A program made the position numbers and the translations under genes. From Acidobacteriota bacterium (GTDB lineage Bacteria > Acidobacteriota > UBA6911 > RPQK01 > JAJDTT01): a stretch of 64,000 nt of DNA. Positions 1-9,580 of the stretch are shown piece by piece (the first letter of the stretch is position 1; each line of letters starts with the position of its first letter). The stretch covers positions 3,040,001 to 3,104,000 of the forward strand of contig OZ242374.1 of the NCBI GenBank assembly GCA_965209055.1, written 5' to 3'. The notes beneath the pieces were generated by a model, which saw only the letters and a list, made by a program, of their open reading frames with translations, was not told the DNA's origin and ran no database searches.

Positions 1-1149
1 ACCGGGGCGCCGCTGGTGGTCAAGGACAAGGTGATCGTCGGCGTCACCGGGGGGGACTCGGCGCACCGGGGTTACCTGACCGCCTTCGATGCGGCCACCG
101 GACGTCTGGCTTGGCGTTTCTACACCATCCCCGGTCCGGGCGAGAAGGGTCACGAGACGTGGGAGGGGGACAGCTGGAAGTTTGGCGGCGGTGCGACCTG
201 GATGACCGGTTCATACGACCCCCACCTGGACCTCCTCTATTGGGGGGTGGGAAATCCGGCGGCCGACTTCTACGGGGGGGACCGGCGAGGGAGCAACCTG
301 TACACCGACTCGGTCATCGCCCTGGATCCGGACACGGGAGAGCTCAAGTGGTACCACCAGCAGATTCCGCATGACGTGTGGGACTGGGATTCGGCCTACG
401 AGTGCGTCCTTCTGGATCTCAGGGTGAATGGAAGGGACCGGAAGCTCCTCCTGAACACCAACAAAGGGGGCTACACCTACATCGTGGATCGGACCACCGG
501 CGAGTTCATCTCAGCCTGGCCGGTGGTGGATCATCTGAATTGGATCGAGGGTGTCGGCCCGAACGGGGAACTGATCGGCCGCAACGAGCCGGTTCTGGAC
601 AAGGCCAAGCTGATCTGCCCGTCCATCGGCGGCGGCAGGCAATGGAACCAGGGCGCCTATTCTCCGAGAACCGGGTGGTACTACACCACCGGAATCGAAT
701 GGTGCCAGGAGGTGACGGCCCGGGAAGAGGAACCTCAGGAGGGGATGAACTTTTTCGGAGGTGTCTTCAAATTGAAGGAGGTGCCGGGAGTCGACCATCA
801 CGGACACCTGGACGCCTACGATCCGCTGACGGGAAAGAAGCATTGGAGTTACCGGTCACCGTATCCCTTTCTGGCCTCGCAATTGGCTACGGCCGGGGAC
901 CTGGTGTTCAGTGGTGACGCGGAGGGTCTGTTTTTCGCGCTGGACGCCATGACCGGGCGGAAGCTGTGGAGCTTTCAGACCGGGTCCGGGCACCGGGGCT
1001 CGGCCATCACCTACTCGGTGGCGGGACGCCAGTATATCGCCACGCCGTCCGGCTGGGGATCGGCGGTGGCCGGTCTCATGCCCCAGCTCTGGCCCGAAAC
1101 TGAGGATTTTCGGGCCGGGTCCACGCTCTTTGTTTTTGCTCTGCCTTGA
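1..1149 (+). CDS. PQQ-dependent dehydrogenase (alcohol/methanol dehydrogenase family), 5'-truncated by the window edge
   Basis: Beta-propeller Trp-docking repeats (AFDAATGRLAWRF, ALDPDTGELKWYHQ, ALDAMTGRKLWSF), LLYWGVGNP and HDVWDWD motifs; frame is open from base 1. Confidence 0.9.
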   Translation, partial: TGAPLVVKDKVIVGVTGGDSAHRGYLTAFDAATGRLAWRFYTIPGPGEKGHETWEGDSWKFGGGATWMTGSYDPHLDLLYWGVGNPAADFYGGDRRGSNLYTDSVIALDPDTGELKWYHQQIPHDVWDWDSAYECVLLDLRVNGRDRKLLLNTNKGGYTYIVDRTTGEFISAWPVVDHLNWIEGVGPNGELIGRNEPVLDKAKLICPSIGGGRQWNQGAYSPRTGWYYTTGIEWCQEVTAREEEPQEGMNFFGGVFKLKEVPGVDHHGHLDAYDPLTGKKHWSYRSPYPFLASQLATAGDLVFSGDAEGLFFALDAMTGRKLWSFQTGSGHRGSAITYSVAGRQYIATPSGWGSAVAGLMPQLWPETEDFRAGSTLFVFALP

Positions 1150-1175
1150 CCCGGCGTAGTAGCCCGGAAGCGTAA

Positions 1176-1261
1176 AGGGGGGACTGCCGTCCCCCCTAAA
1201 CCCCCCAAGAGGGCGACTAAAAGTCGCCCCTCCCATTCGGCGGCAGGAAAGCCGCCGCTCC
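1176..1261. repeat. REP-like palindrome cluster between convergent genes
   Basis: Hairpins aggggggac/gtcccccct (1176-1197), gggcgact-aaa-agtcgccc-ctcc (1211-1233) and cggcggc-aggaaa-gccgccg-ctcc (1238-1261). The last two read GGAG+palindrome on the minus strand, like the units at 15041 and 43785. Confidence 0.75.
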
Positions 1262-1262
1262 A

Positions 1263-3482
1263 TCAAAGGAGGTCGAAGCGGTCCAGGGTCATCACTTTGG
1301 TCCACGCCGCGACGAAGTCATGGACGAACTCTTCCTTGGCGTCGTCGACCGCGTAGTGCTCGGAGACCGCGCGGAGTTCGGAGTTGGAACCGAAGATCAG
1401 ATCAACCGGGGTCGCCGTCCACTTCAGATCACCTGTGGCGCGATCACGACCTTCGTAAATGCCCGCGGTGGATGACTTCTTCCACTGCGTTGACATGTCG
1501 ACCAGGTTGACGAAGAAGTCGTTGCTCAGGGTGCCGGGACGGTCGGTGAACACGCCGTGGGCAGAGTCCCCCGCATTGGCATCCATGACTCGCATGCCGC
1601 CCACAAGTACCGTCATTTCAGAGACCGTCAGGTTCAGAAAAGCCGCCTTCTCCACCAGCCTCTCCGCTGGAGATCTGGGATTTCCGCTGGCGAAGTAGTT
1701 GCGGAATCCATCCGCGGTGGGCTCGAGCAGGGCAAAGGAGTCGGAGTCGGTCTGTCCCTGCGAGGCGTCCGTACGCCCGGGTGCAAAGGGAACATTCACG
1801 TCGACCCCGGCTTTGGAAGCGGCCTGCTCAATGGCGGCAGCGCCGCCGAGAACCACCAGGTCGGCCAACGAAACCCGTTTGCCGGATTGCGAGCTGTTGA
1901 AATCCTTGCGAATTCCCTCCAGGGTCTTCAACACGCGGCCGAGTTCGGCCGGATCGTTTGCCGCCCAGTCCTTCTGCGGCGCCAGACGGATACGTCCACC
2001 ATTGGCGCCGCCGCGCATGTCGGTCCCGCGGTAAGTGGATGCCGAGGCCCAGGCGGCCCGGACCAATTCAGCGGTAGAAAGCCCGGAGGCCAGCACCTTG
2101 GCTTTCAGCGCGGTTGCGTCCTTTGCATCGATCAAGGCGTGATCGGCTTCAGGAACCGGGTCCTGCCAGACGAATTCCCGGTCCGGCGCCAGATCGCCGA
2201 GGTAACGCGACCTGGGACCCAGGTCGCGGTGAATCAGCTTGAACCACGCCCGGGCGAAGGCGTCTTCGAACTCTTTCGGGTTCTTGAGCCAACGCGAAGT
2301 GATCTCGCGATAGGACGGGTCGACCTTTAGAGCCAGGTCGGTGGTGAGCATCATCGGCGCGTGCCGTTTCGACGGATCGTGGGCGTCCGGGACCAAGTCC
2401 GCCGCGGCGCCGCCGGCGGGCTTCCACTGGGTGGCGCCGCCGGGGCTCCGAGTCTGCTCCCACTCAAAACCATACAGGTTCGTGAGGAATTCGTGAGTCC
2501 ATTCCGCGGGACGACTCGTCCATGCACCTTCCAGGCCGCTGGTGATCGTGTCGCCGCGATTGCCGGTTCCGTATTTGTTTTTCCAGCCGAAACCTTGGGC
2601 TTCGATATCCCCGGCCTCCGGCTCGACACCGACGTACTTGGACGGATCAGCGGCGCCATGGGCCTTGCCGAAGGTATGGCCGCCGGCAATCAGCGCGACG
2701 GTCTCTTCATCATTCATTCCCATGCGGCCGAAAGCCTCACGTATGGCGTGAGCGGCCGCCTGCGGATCGGCATTGCCGCCCGGGCCCTGAGGATTCACGT
2801 AGATCAGGCCCATCTGCGTCGCGCCGAAAGGATGATTCAGATCTCCTTTCTCATTGCGCCGGTCGAAGGCGAGCCACTCGCCCTCGGGCCCCCAGTTCAC
2901 TTCTTCGGCTTGCCAGGCATCGACACGGCCACCCGCGAAACCCAGGGTCTTGAAGCCCATGGACTCCATGGCGACGTCACCCGCCAGGATCAGCAGGTCG
3001 GCCCAGGAGATCTTGCGGCCGTACTGCTGCTTGATGGGCCAGAGCAATCGCGTCGCTTTTTCCAGGTTTGCGTTGTCGGGCCAACTGTTGAGGGGCGCGA
3101 AGCGTTGCAGGCCGCCGTCAGCGCCACCCCGCCCGTCGAGGGTTCGATAGGTGCCCGCGCTGTGCCAGGCCATGCGAATGAAAAACGGTCCGTAGTGGCC
3201 GTAGTCCGCCGGCCACCAGTCCTGGGATGTCGTCATCAGTTTTTTGAGATTCGCCTTCAACACGTGCAGGTCGAGACTGTTGAACTCTTTCCGATAGTCG
3301 AAGTCTCTGCTGGGGGGACCGGATTCCGCGGACCGTTGCCGCAGTGGTTCGAGGCTCAGCCGGTTGGGCCACCAATAGTCATTGTCCGGTGCCTCGTCCT
3401 TGGCTCCCGCCATGCTGATCGGGACGACCGGAGAGATCCCGATCGTCAGCATCACAATCACGGATATGGTTCGTCTAAGCAT
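1263..3482 (-). CDS. katG: Catalase-peroxidase with N-terminal signal peptide
   Basis: [36 protein letters not shown] and [10 protein letters not shown] motifs; two-domain KatG length; leader [25 protein letters not shown]. Confidence 0.97.
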   Translation of the reverse strand: MLRRTISVIVMLTIGISPVVPISMAGAKDEAPDNDYWWPNRLSLEPLRQRSAESGPPSRDFDYRKEFNSLDLHVLKANLKKLMTTSQDWWPADYGHYGPFFIRMAWHSAGTYRTLDGRGGADGGLQRFAPLNSWPDNANLEKATRLLWPIKQQYGRKISWADLLILAGDVAMESMGFKTLGFAGGRVDAWQAEEVNWGPEGEWLAFDRRNEKGDLNHPFGATQMGLIYVNPQGPGGNADPQAAAHAIREAFGRMGMNDEETVALIAGGHTFGKAHGAADPSKYVGVEPEAGDIEAQGFGWKNKYGTGNRGDTITSGLEGAWTSRPAEWTHEFLTNLYGFEWEQTRSPGGATQWKPAGGAAADLVPDAHDPSKRHAPMMLTTDLALKVDPSYREITSRWLKNPKEFEDAFARAWFKLIHRDLGPRSRYLGDLAPDREFVWQDPVPEADHALIDAKDATALKAKVLASGLSTAELVRAAWASASTYRGTDMRGGANGGRIRLAPQKDWAANDPAELGRVLKTLEGIRKDFNSSQSGKRVSLADLVVLGGAAAIEQAASKAGVDVNVPFAPGRTDASQGQTDSDSFALLEPTADGFRNYFASGNPRSPAERLVEKAAFLNLTVSEMTVLVGGMRVMDANAGDSAHGVFTDRPGTLSNDFFVNLVDMSTQWKKSSTAGIYEGRDRATGDLKWTATPVDLIFGSNSELRAVSEHYAVDDAKEEFVHDFVAAWTKVMTLDRFDLL

Positions 3483-3831
3483 TTAAGTCGTCTCCTGTGG
3501 GTGGTTCGCTTTGGTTTGGCCTCGTTGTCGGGTTGAGGCCAACTGATTCGAGCTTTCTGGTGTCGGTCTTCCCTTGGCGGGCCAAGGGATTCAAGGCCGG
3601 AGGGTTGGTTCCGGCCCCGGATTTCGTCACTTCGCACCACTTCATTCCTGTCCTGTATCCTGTCGAAATTTTACCACGAAGCCGCTTCGCGTACCGTCCG
3701 CGGGCGCGATTGCGCCGGGCGAAGCCCTTGACCTCACATTGGTTGCAGCGTACGGTTGGTCCGCTGAAATCCTGAAGAAAATGCCCTCCGCGAATCGCTG
3801 GCTCTCAGCAGCGGCGGGCCGCGAACGCTCC

Positions 3832-4617
3832 ATGATCTGGTTGCTCCTGTTACTGGCACAGAGTTCCCCTGATCCGGATTTGGTCTCTCGGGGCGAGGTC
3901 GTGTTCGCTCAGAGTTGCGCCACCGGGTACTGCCATGGTTCGGCCGGCACGGCGGGCCGGGGGCCTCGGCTTCGAGGCACGGAACTCAGCCGCGATCGGA
4001 TTCTGGAAGCCACTCGCGAGGGGATCCCCCGGTCGGCCATGCCGGGCTGGGAGGGGAAGTTGAGCGAGACGGACCTGTCGGCGGTGGTGGAGTATGTGTG
4101 GAGTCTGGCCATGGACGCTCGTGAACCGCCGGCGGACGAGTCCATGCCTCCCGGAACCGGTCCGGCGGTTTTCGTTGGATTCGGCGGGCCGGAGCACGTG
4201 TCCCGCGGGCGGGACCTGTTCTTCGATGCGACGCGGGATGCCCGTTGCGGGACCTGTCACGAGGCCGGCGGTCGAGGCATTCCCGTCGGTCCCGACCTGC
4301 TGGCGCTGGGGGAAGGGCTCGGCGCCACCTTGGTGGGAAGGACCAGGAGCCGCCGTGCCACTCACGTCCTGCGGGCGCAGCTCACGGACGGCCAGAGCTT
4401 TGCCGCTCTGAGAGTCGCTCAGGAGGAAGACCGGGTCCGGCTTTTTGACCTCACAACGATTCCTCCCGTCTTGCGCACGCTCCGGCCGGACGAGATCGAG
4501 TCCCTGGCCCAGGATGGAAAATGGGAACATCGGACCGTCTCCACCGAGTACAGCGACGACGAATTGAGAGCCATCGTCGACTATCTGGACTGGCTCAATG
4601 CAAGCAAGTCCGAATAG
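3832..4617 (+). CDS. Di-haem c-type cytochrome (c550-like domain plus putative haem-binding domain of the Pirellula/Verrucomicrobium type)
   Basis: Hydrophobic leader MIWLLLLLAQS at the in-frame ATG 3832; haem motifs CATGYCH and CGTCH; GPRL, AMPGW and VGPDL features typical of class I cytochromes c. Confidence 0.8.
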   Translation: MIWLLLLLAQSSPDPDLVSRGEVVFAQSCATGYCHGSAGTAGRGPRLRGTELSRDRILEATREGIPRSAMPGWEGKLSETDLSAVVEYVWSLAMDAREPPADESMPPGTGPAVFVGFGGPEHVSRGRDLFFDATRDARCGTCHEAGGRGIPVGPDLLALGEGLGATLVGRTRSRRATHVLRAQLTDGQSFAALRVAQEEDRVRLFDLTTIPPVLRTLRPDEIESLAQDGKWEHRTVSTEYSDDELRAIVDYLDWLNASKSE

Positions 4618-4716
4618 CGGTCTGCCGCCTTTTCCCCCGTGAGGTGAAGTGTGCGGAGAAGCCGATCCCGCCCTCGGCCGATTGATCCGTAAGGGGAGGA
4701 TTTCCGGGGCGGCGCG

Positions 4717-4917
4717 TCACTTGACGCGGCGAAGAACCGTCCGGCCCTGAACTTGCGTCAGCTCGGTCCGGTAGTGCCGAATCTGTTGCAGGAGTTCGTC
4801 CCGGCGGATCTCAAGGCGGTCCAGGTCACTTTGGATATTCTCCAACTCCGCCTCGAGGATGCAGAGTTGGAGTTGAAGAGGTAAAGCCGCTTCCGGGCCC
4901 GAGGTCTTGTGACTCAT
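4717..4917 (-). CDS. Small coiled-coil hypothetical protein
   Basis: 66 aa with a heptad Leu pattern; ATGA overlap with the upstream VWA gene stop. Confidence 0.55.
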   Translation of the reverse strand: MSHKTSGPEAALPLQLQLCILEAELENIQSDLDRLEIRRDELLQQIRHYRTELTQVQGRTVLRRVK

Positions 4918-5846
4918 GGATTCGATTCCGCCGCATAATACCCCTCACGGTGCCTGACTTTCAACCCGGAGCGAGCCAGCGAAACCCGTATCTTGCGGAA
5001 TGATCCGTCGGCCTTGGCGTTGGAGGAGACGTAGCCGAGGCTGTACTGATTGCCCAAATCCCTCCGGATGCCGTTGAAGGCTTGGCGGAGACGTTTCAGG
5101 TTGGCCTTGGAGTTGACGAAACGGCCTCCGGTGGCCCGGGCGAAGCGCTTCAGCTTCTCGAAATCCGCGTCGAAACCGGAACTCTTCACGCCGATTCCGT
5201 AGATCACCACATCGTGGGATTGGGCCGTCCGAATCGCCCGTTCCCATGAAACGGCGCTCCGGGTGTCGGCGCCGTCGGAGAGCACCAACAGGATTCGCCG
5301 TCCGTCCCGGTGCCGCAACAGATCCCTGACCGTCACCCAGATGGCGTCATAAAGCCGGGTGGCGCCTTCGGCCCGAACCTCCATGATGGCCTCCGCGAGT
5401 TGCGATGGCTCGGCGCTGAAATCGTGGAGGAGCCGGACATCACTGTCGAACTGGACCACCGCTCCCGACTCCCCTCCCCGTGTCAGGACCTCGCCGAAGA
5501 ACTCGATGGCGGCCTTCTGCTCGAACGCCAACTTGTCCTTGACGCTGGCACTGGAATCCATGACCAGCGCGACGGACAAGGACCGTTCCGTCCCCGCTTT
5601 CTCTCGATGGAAAAACAGAAGTTCCTGCCGGACTCCGTCTTCATAGACCTGGAAGTCGCGCCGCGTCAGGCCCTCCACGTAGCGGCCCCGCCGGTCCCGG
5701 ACGATGCAGGAGACGTCCACCACGTCGACCTTGGCCCGGAAGGACGGGCGCTGCTGTCCGCCGGCGGTCCAGGAGGCGCCGAGGAACAGGGCCGTTCCAA
5801 AGAGGGCGGAGATCCAAACGGAGCAAGGCCTGATCCGGTCCTTCAC
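4914..5846 (-). CDS. VWA-domain protein, acidobacterial VWFA-related type
   Basis: Signal peptide, then FRAKVDVVDV...VRDRRGRYVEGL, MIDAS DSSAS, T.LYDA, LSDGAD, QYSLGY and REGYYA. Confidence 0.9.
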   Translation of the reverse strand: MKDRIRPCSVWISALFGTALFLGASWTAGGQQRPSFRAKVDVVDVSCIVRDRRGRYVEGLTRRDFQVYEDGVRQELLFFHREKAGTERSLSVALVMDSSASVKDKLAFEQKAAIEFFGEVLTRGGESGAVVQFDSDVRLLHDFSAEPSQLAEAIMEVRAEGATRLYDAIWVTVRDLLRHRDGRRILLVLSDGADTRSAVSWERAIRTAQSHDVVIYGIGVKSSGFDADFEKLKRFARATGGRFVNSKANLKRLRQAFNGIRRDLGNQYSLGYVSSNAKADGSFRKIRVSLARSGLKVRHREGYYAAESNP

Positions 5847-6619
5847 CGGGCCGACTTCTCCGCCATGATTCTACTGGTCGCCATATAGGTGTAGATGCCC
5901 GTGGTCGCCAGAGAGATCACTTCCAGATGGCGGATGGAAAGGCCGGTCAGGGTCACCGCCGTTTCAATCGTTACGGCGGGCGTCAGGCTGTAGATGGCGA
6001 TCGCCAGATAGGCGGGATAAGGGAACTTCACCTGGTAACGGGTCGTCACCGAGAGGGCAAGCAGAGTGAAGAGCAAGGCCAGAACCAGTTTGACCGCGAA
6101 GGTGAATACCAGAACCAGGGAATACGCGGTTGGGAAATAAACCCATTTCATGACCTCGAGCCAGTTCCGGAGCAGTTCCGGAGTGACTTCGAATGAGCCG
6201 AAATCCGTCCAGGGAAAGGTTTCCACCGACTGGTTCCGGCGTAGCACGAGGGCGTCTTCGGTGAACAGGAGCAGCGGCTCCGGGAAACCGGCCAAGTCCT
6301 GGCGGCTTCCCGTGGTGTCGAAGATCAGGGTGACGGGTTCCCGGCCGGAGTACGTCTGGATCAGCGGCTGGTCCGCCTCCACGCGGAGCCGGCCCTCGCT
6401 CACCTGCATGGGAGGGACATTCTCCTGGAGCCAGATTCCGAATTCCCGAAACTCCGGGCCCAAGTGAAATGCGTAGGCCAGAGTCACGATCAAGGAGGCG
6501 TGGGCGCAGAGATAAAGCAGATAGAGCAGGGTCTGCCGGGGAGGTTGCGCCAGTATCGTCTTGTAGAACGGGAATTCAGTGATGGCCCAGTAGAACTGGC
6601 GGTAGAAGGTGGTCCTCAT
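5843..6619 (-). CDS. DUF1189-like membrane protein
   Basis: N-terminal TM, soluble middle and three C-terminal TM segments with a YSLTP motif; overlaps the VWA start. Confidence 0.65.
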   Translation of the reverse strand: MRTTFYRQFYWAITEFPFYKTILAQPPRQTLLYLLYLCAHASLIVTLAYAFHLGPEFREFGIWLQENVPPMQVSEGRLRVEADQPLIQTYSGREPVTLIFDTTGSRQDLAGFPEPLLLFTEDALVLRRNQSVETFPWTDFGSFEVTPELLRNWLEVMKWVYFPTAYSLVLVFTFAVKLVLALLFTLLALSVTTRYQVKFPYPAYLAIAIYSLTPAVTIETAVTLTGLSIRHLEVISLATTGIYTYMATSRIMAEKSAR

Positions 6620-6817
6620 GGCTCAGGAACGAGTGAAAAAGAGGCGTTCGATCAGCGGGGCGGAGCATGGAACACGATCACGACGACGACGTCCGGCTCG
6701 AATTGAATGGATGTCCCGATACTCCCGCGAGAATGGCCGGTTCCCGGCCGGCGGTCGAATGCCGTGGCGACCCTGCCACAGACTGTTCACTCACCGTCCA
6801 TCCCGCACTCCCTGGCG

Positions 6818-7528
6818 TCAGCCGCCTTGGTAGTAGAGGATTCGATTGCAGGTCTCGCAGGTCAATATCTTCAGACCGGACTTGACCTCGGTGAAAAGCT
6901 GGGGGCGAAGCCGCACGTTGCAGGCTTGGCACGACTCTGCGGTGACCTCCGCCAGGGCCTGCCCGTTGTTGACCGAGGCGATCCTGCGGTACTTTTCGAG
7001 CAATGGTTCGGGCAGGTTCCGTTCCAGCCGGTTTCGCTCCTGCTCAAAGCCGGCCATGTTGGTCTCGGAACTGGCCGCGAAGGTCTCCAACTCCTTTTGC
7101 CGGGATGACACCTCCAAGGCCCGTTCCTCGGCCCGCCGGCGGGCTTCGCGGGTCTGGTCATCCAATTCGTCCATGGCCAGCATGATTTCCAGGATCTCAT
7201 CTTCCTTGCTGGAGATCTGTTCCCGGACGCCGGAGATTTCGAGCTGCATGGCCTTGTATTCCCGGTTGGTCTTGACGTCCATGAGCTGCTCCTGGTAGCG
7301 GGACAGCTTCTGCTGCAGCAAATCGACTTCACCCTCCAACCGGCGTTGGGTCCGGGCTTGCCGGTCGGTTTGCTCCCGGAGCTCTTCTACGGCGTCGTGA
7401 CTCTCCTGGAGCGACTCGGCCTGATTCTCGATCTCGTCAGGAATGGACAAGACCCGCTGCCGCAACTCGACGATACTGACGTCGAGTTGCTGCAGTTGGA
7501 TCAACCTCTGCAACTCTTCGCTCAACAC
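6818..7528 (-). CDS. Coiled-coil C4 zinc-ribbon protein (DUF164 / HP0958-CT398 family)
   Basis: LIQLQQLD start, long coiled coil, KTNREY motif and C-terminal CQAC...CETCNRILY. Confidence 0.92.
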   Translation of the reverse strand: MLSEELQRLIQLQQLDVSIVELRQRVLSIPDEIENQAESLQESHDAVEELREQTDRQARTQRRLEGEVDLLQQKLSRYQEQLMDVKTNREYKAMQLEISGVREQISSKEDEILEIMLAMDELDDQTREARRRAEERALEVSSRQKELETFAASSETNMAGFEQERNRLERNLPEPLLEKYRRIASVNNGQALAEVTAESCQACNVRLRPQLFTEVKSGLKILTCETCNRILYYQGG

Positions 7529-7573
7529 ATGCCTCCATGGGACGGTCCGACCGGCAGCCGGCGTCGGTGGCTA

Positions 7574-7647
7574 TGGGCCCAGTAGGACTCGAACCTACGA
7601 CCACCTGATTATGAGTCAGACGCTCTAACCGACTGAGCTATGGGCCC
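7574..7647 (-). tRNA. tRNA-Ile2 (CAT anticodon, lysidine type); CCA not encoded
   Basis: Minus strand reads GGGCCCATAGCTCAGTCGGTTAGAGCGTCTGACTCATAATCAGGTGGTCGTAGGTTCGAGTCCTACTGGGCCCA, a cloverleaf with a CTCATAA loop. The location after rpoD is typical of Ile2. Confidence 0.9.
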
Positions 7648-7651
7648 ACCG

Positions 7652-7677
7652 AAAAAAAAGGGCGCTTCCCAGCGCCC
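7652..7677 (-). terminator. Intrinsic terminator-like hairpin downstream of rpoD
   Basis: Minus strand GGGCGCT-GGGA-AGCGCCC followed by T8. Confidence 0.7.
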
Positions 7678-7841
7678 GTGTGAAACAGTTGCCGCGCCAT
7701 TCGGACGGCGCCGCATCCCGGCCGGAGATCCTGTCCCCAGGTCGAGACCCGGTGGCGGCAACGATGTTGCCCCCCCTGGTCGCGCCGAGCCCGCCCCGTG
7801 TCCCCCGTCGCGGTAATGCGCCGGAAGTTCACGACGGGCTC

Positions 7842-9563
7842 CTAGGAAAGTGTACGGCCGGAATTCCCATTGTCTTCGTGGAATGTCTTCAGCTTCCGGC
7901 TGCGGGACGGGTGTCGAAGCTTTCGCAAGGCCTTGGCTTCGATCTGGCGGATCCGTTCGCGGGTCACGCAGAACCGCTGGCCCACTTCTTCCAGGGTATG
8001 CTCGCTTCCGTCCCCGATGCCGAATCTCATGCGGATCACCTGCTCCTCTCGATCGGTGAGAGTCTTGAGAACGGCCGCCGTCTGTTCCTTGAGATTGAGA
8101 TTGATGACCGCTTCGGCGGGTGAGGTCACCCCTCGATCCTCGATGAAATCACCGAGATGACTGTCCTCCTCCTCGCCGATGGGGGTCTCCAGGGATATGG
8201 GTTCCTGGGCGATCTTGAGGATCTTCCGGACCTTGCTGACCGGAAGGCCCATTTTCACCGAGATCTCTTCGTTGGTCGGTTCCCGGCCGTATTCCTGGAC
8301 CAGCGCCCGGGAGGTTCGAATCAGCTTATTGATGGTTTCGATCATGTGGACCGGGATCCGGATGGTTCGGGCCTGGTCCGCAATGGCCCGGGTGATGGCC
8401 TGCCGAATCCACCAAGTGGCGTAGGTCGAAAATTTGTATCCCCTTCGATATTCGAACTTCTCCACCGCCTTCATGAGTCCGATGTTCCCTTCCTGGATCA
8501 GGTCCAGGAACTGCAGGCCCCGGTTCGTATATTTCTTGGCGATGGAAACCACCAATCTCAGATTCGCTTCCACCAACTCCTTCTTGGCGATATCGGCTTC
8601 GAGCTCGCCCTGCTTTATGGTGGCCAAAGTACGCTTGAGTTCCACGGGAGTGGCCAGAACCTCGTCTTCGATCTCCTTCAGGTGCTTGTCGATCTCTCGT
8701 AACCGAAGCTTGATCTTCTTGGAGTCCTCCAGCTTCAGAGGGGCTTCGTGCAGCTTCTTGAGCTTCTTGGTCTCCTGGTCCAGGGCGACGATCCGGTCGA
8801 CGGCTCGCTTGATGACGTTGACGAGCCGCTCGTAAGTCGCGGGGGTGAGATCCAGGGCCCGGATGTGCCGGGCAATGGGAATTCGATAGCGGGCCAACTG
8901 CGACAGGAGGCTCTTGTATTCGGGCGTATCCTTGGGTTTCCTGACCCGCCAGATCTTGCGCCGGATCCTGCTGGCCCCATCTTCCAGCTCTTCCACCTCC
9001 CGCACCACGCGGATGATGGTCTGCCGCCTGGCCTCCAACACCTCGGGAGTGATCTCGTCGTCACGGAACACCACCAGTGTCTTGACGTTGAGGCCGCCCT
9101 CGCCCAGGGCTTCCCCGTAGCGCATGACCTCGTTGACCACTACGGGAGATCGGGACAGCACGTTCAGCACCGTCTTTCGACCCTTCTCGATCCGTTTGGC
9201 GATGGTCACCTCCCCCTCCCGGGTCAGCAGGGGTACCGTGCCCATCTCCCGCAAATACATGCGGACGGGGTCATTGGTCTTCTCGAGCGTGGGATCCGGG
9301 GGCTCTGCCTCACCCGCCTCGGTCTTGGTCCGAATCCTTCGCTGGGTAGACTCGAAGTCCTCCTCCGAGTCGATGACCTCGATCCCGGCCTCGCCGAACA
9401 GGTAGAAGATGCTGTCCAGGTCTTCCGAGGATTGGATATCGTCTGGGAGGTGGTCGTTGACTTCGTCGTAAAGGAGATAGCCCTTTTCCTTCCCCAGGGC
9501 GATCAATTCCTTGACGCCGTCGTACCTTTCCTCAACGGGAATCTTCTCTTCGTTCTCTCTCAT
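7842..9563 (-). CDS. rpoD: RNA polymerase primary sigma factor
   Basis: Region 1.1 ([14 protein letters not shown]), [41 protein letters not shown] and [19 protein letters not shown]; start placed at ATG 9563, after the dnaG stop. Confidence 0.98.
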   Translation of the reverse strand: MRENEEKIPVEERYDGVKELIALGKEKGYLLYDEVNDHLPDDIQSSEDLDSIFYLFGEAGIEVIDSEEDFESTQRRIRTKTEAGEAEPPDPTLEKTNDPVRMYLREMGTVPLLTREGEVTIAKRIEKGRKTVLNVLSRSPVVVNEVMRYGEALGEGGLNVKTLVVFRDDEITPEVLEARRQTIIRVVREVEELEDGASRIRRKIWRVRKPKDTPEYKSLLSQLARYRIPIARHIRALDLTPATYERLVNVIKRAVDRIVALDQETKKLKKLHEAPLKLEDSKKIKLRLREIDKHLKEIEDEVLATPVELKRTLATIKQGELEADIAKKELVEANLRLVVSIAKKYTNRGLQFLDLIQEGNIGLMKAVEKFEYRRGYKFSTYATWWIRQAITRAIADQARTIRIPVHMIETINKLIRTSRALVQEYGREPTNEEISVKMGLPVSKVRKILKIAQEPISLETPIGEEEDSHLGDFIEDRGVTSPAEAVINLNLKEQTAAVLKTLTDREEQVIRMRFGIGDGSEHTLEEVGQRFCVTRERIRQIEAKALRKLRHPSRSRKLKTFHEDNGNSGRTLS

Positions 9564-9580
9564 GCCGCCAGCCGCCCCCA

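Noticed and set aside
6620-6817. Possible rnpB or rnhA after the zinc-ribbon gene
   Set aside because: No GAGGAAAGTCC signature, too short for RNase P RNA, and no RNase H-like ORF.
7570-7647. gctatgggccc repeated at both tRNA ends as an att site
   Set aside because: Largely explained by the self-complementary GGGCCC acceptor stem; the flanks are core genes and no integrase is adjacent.
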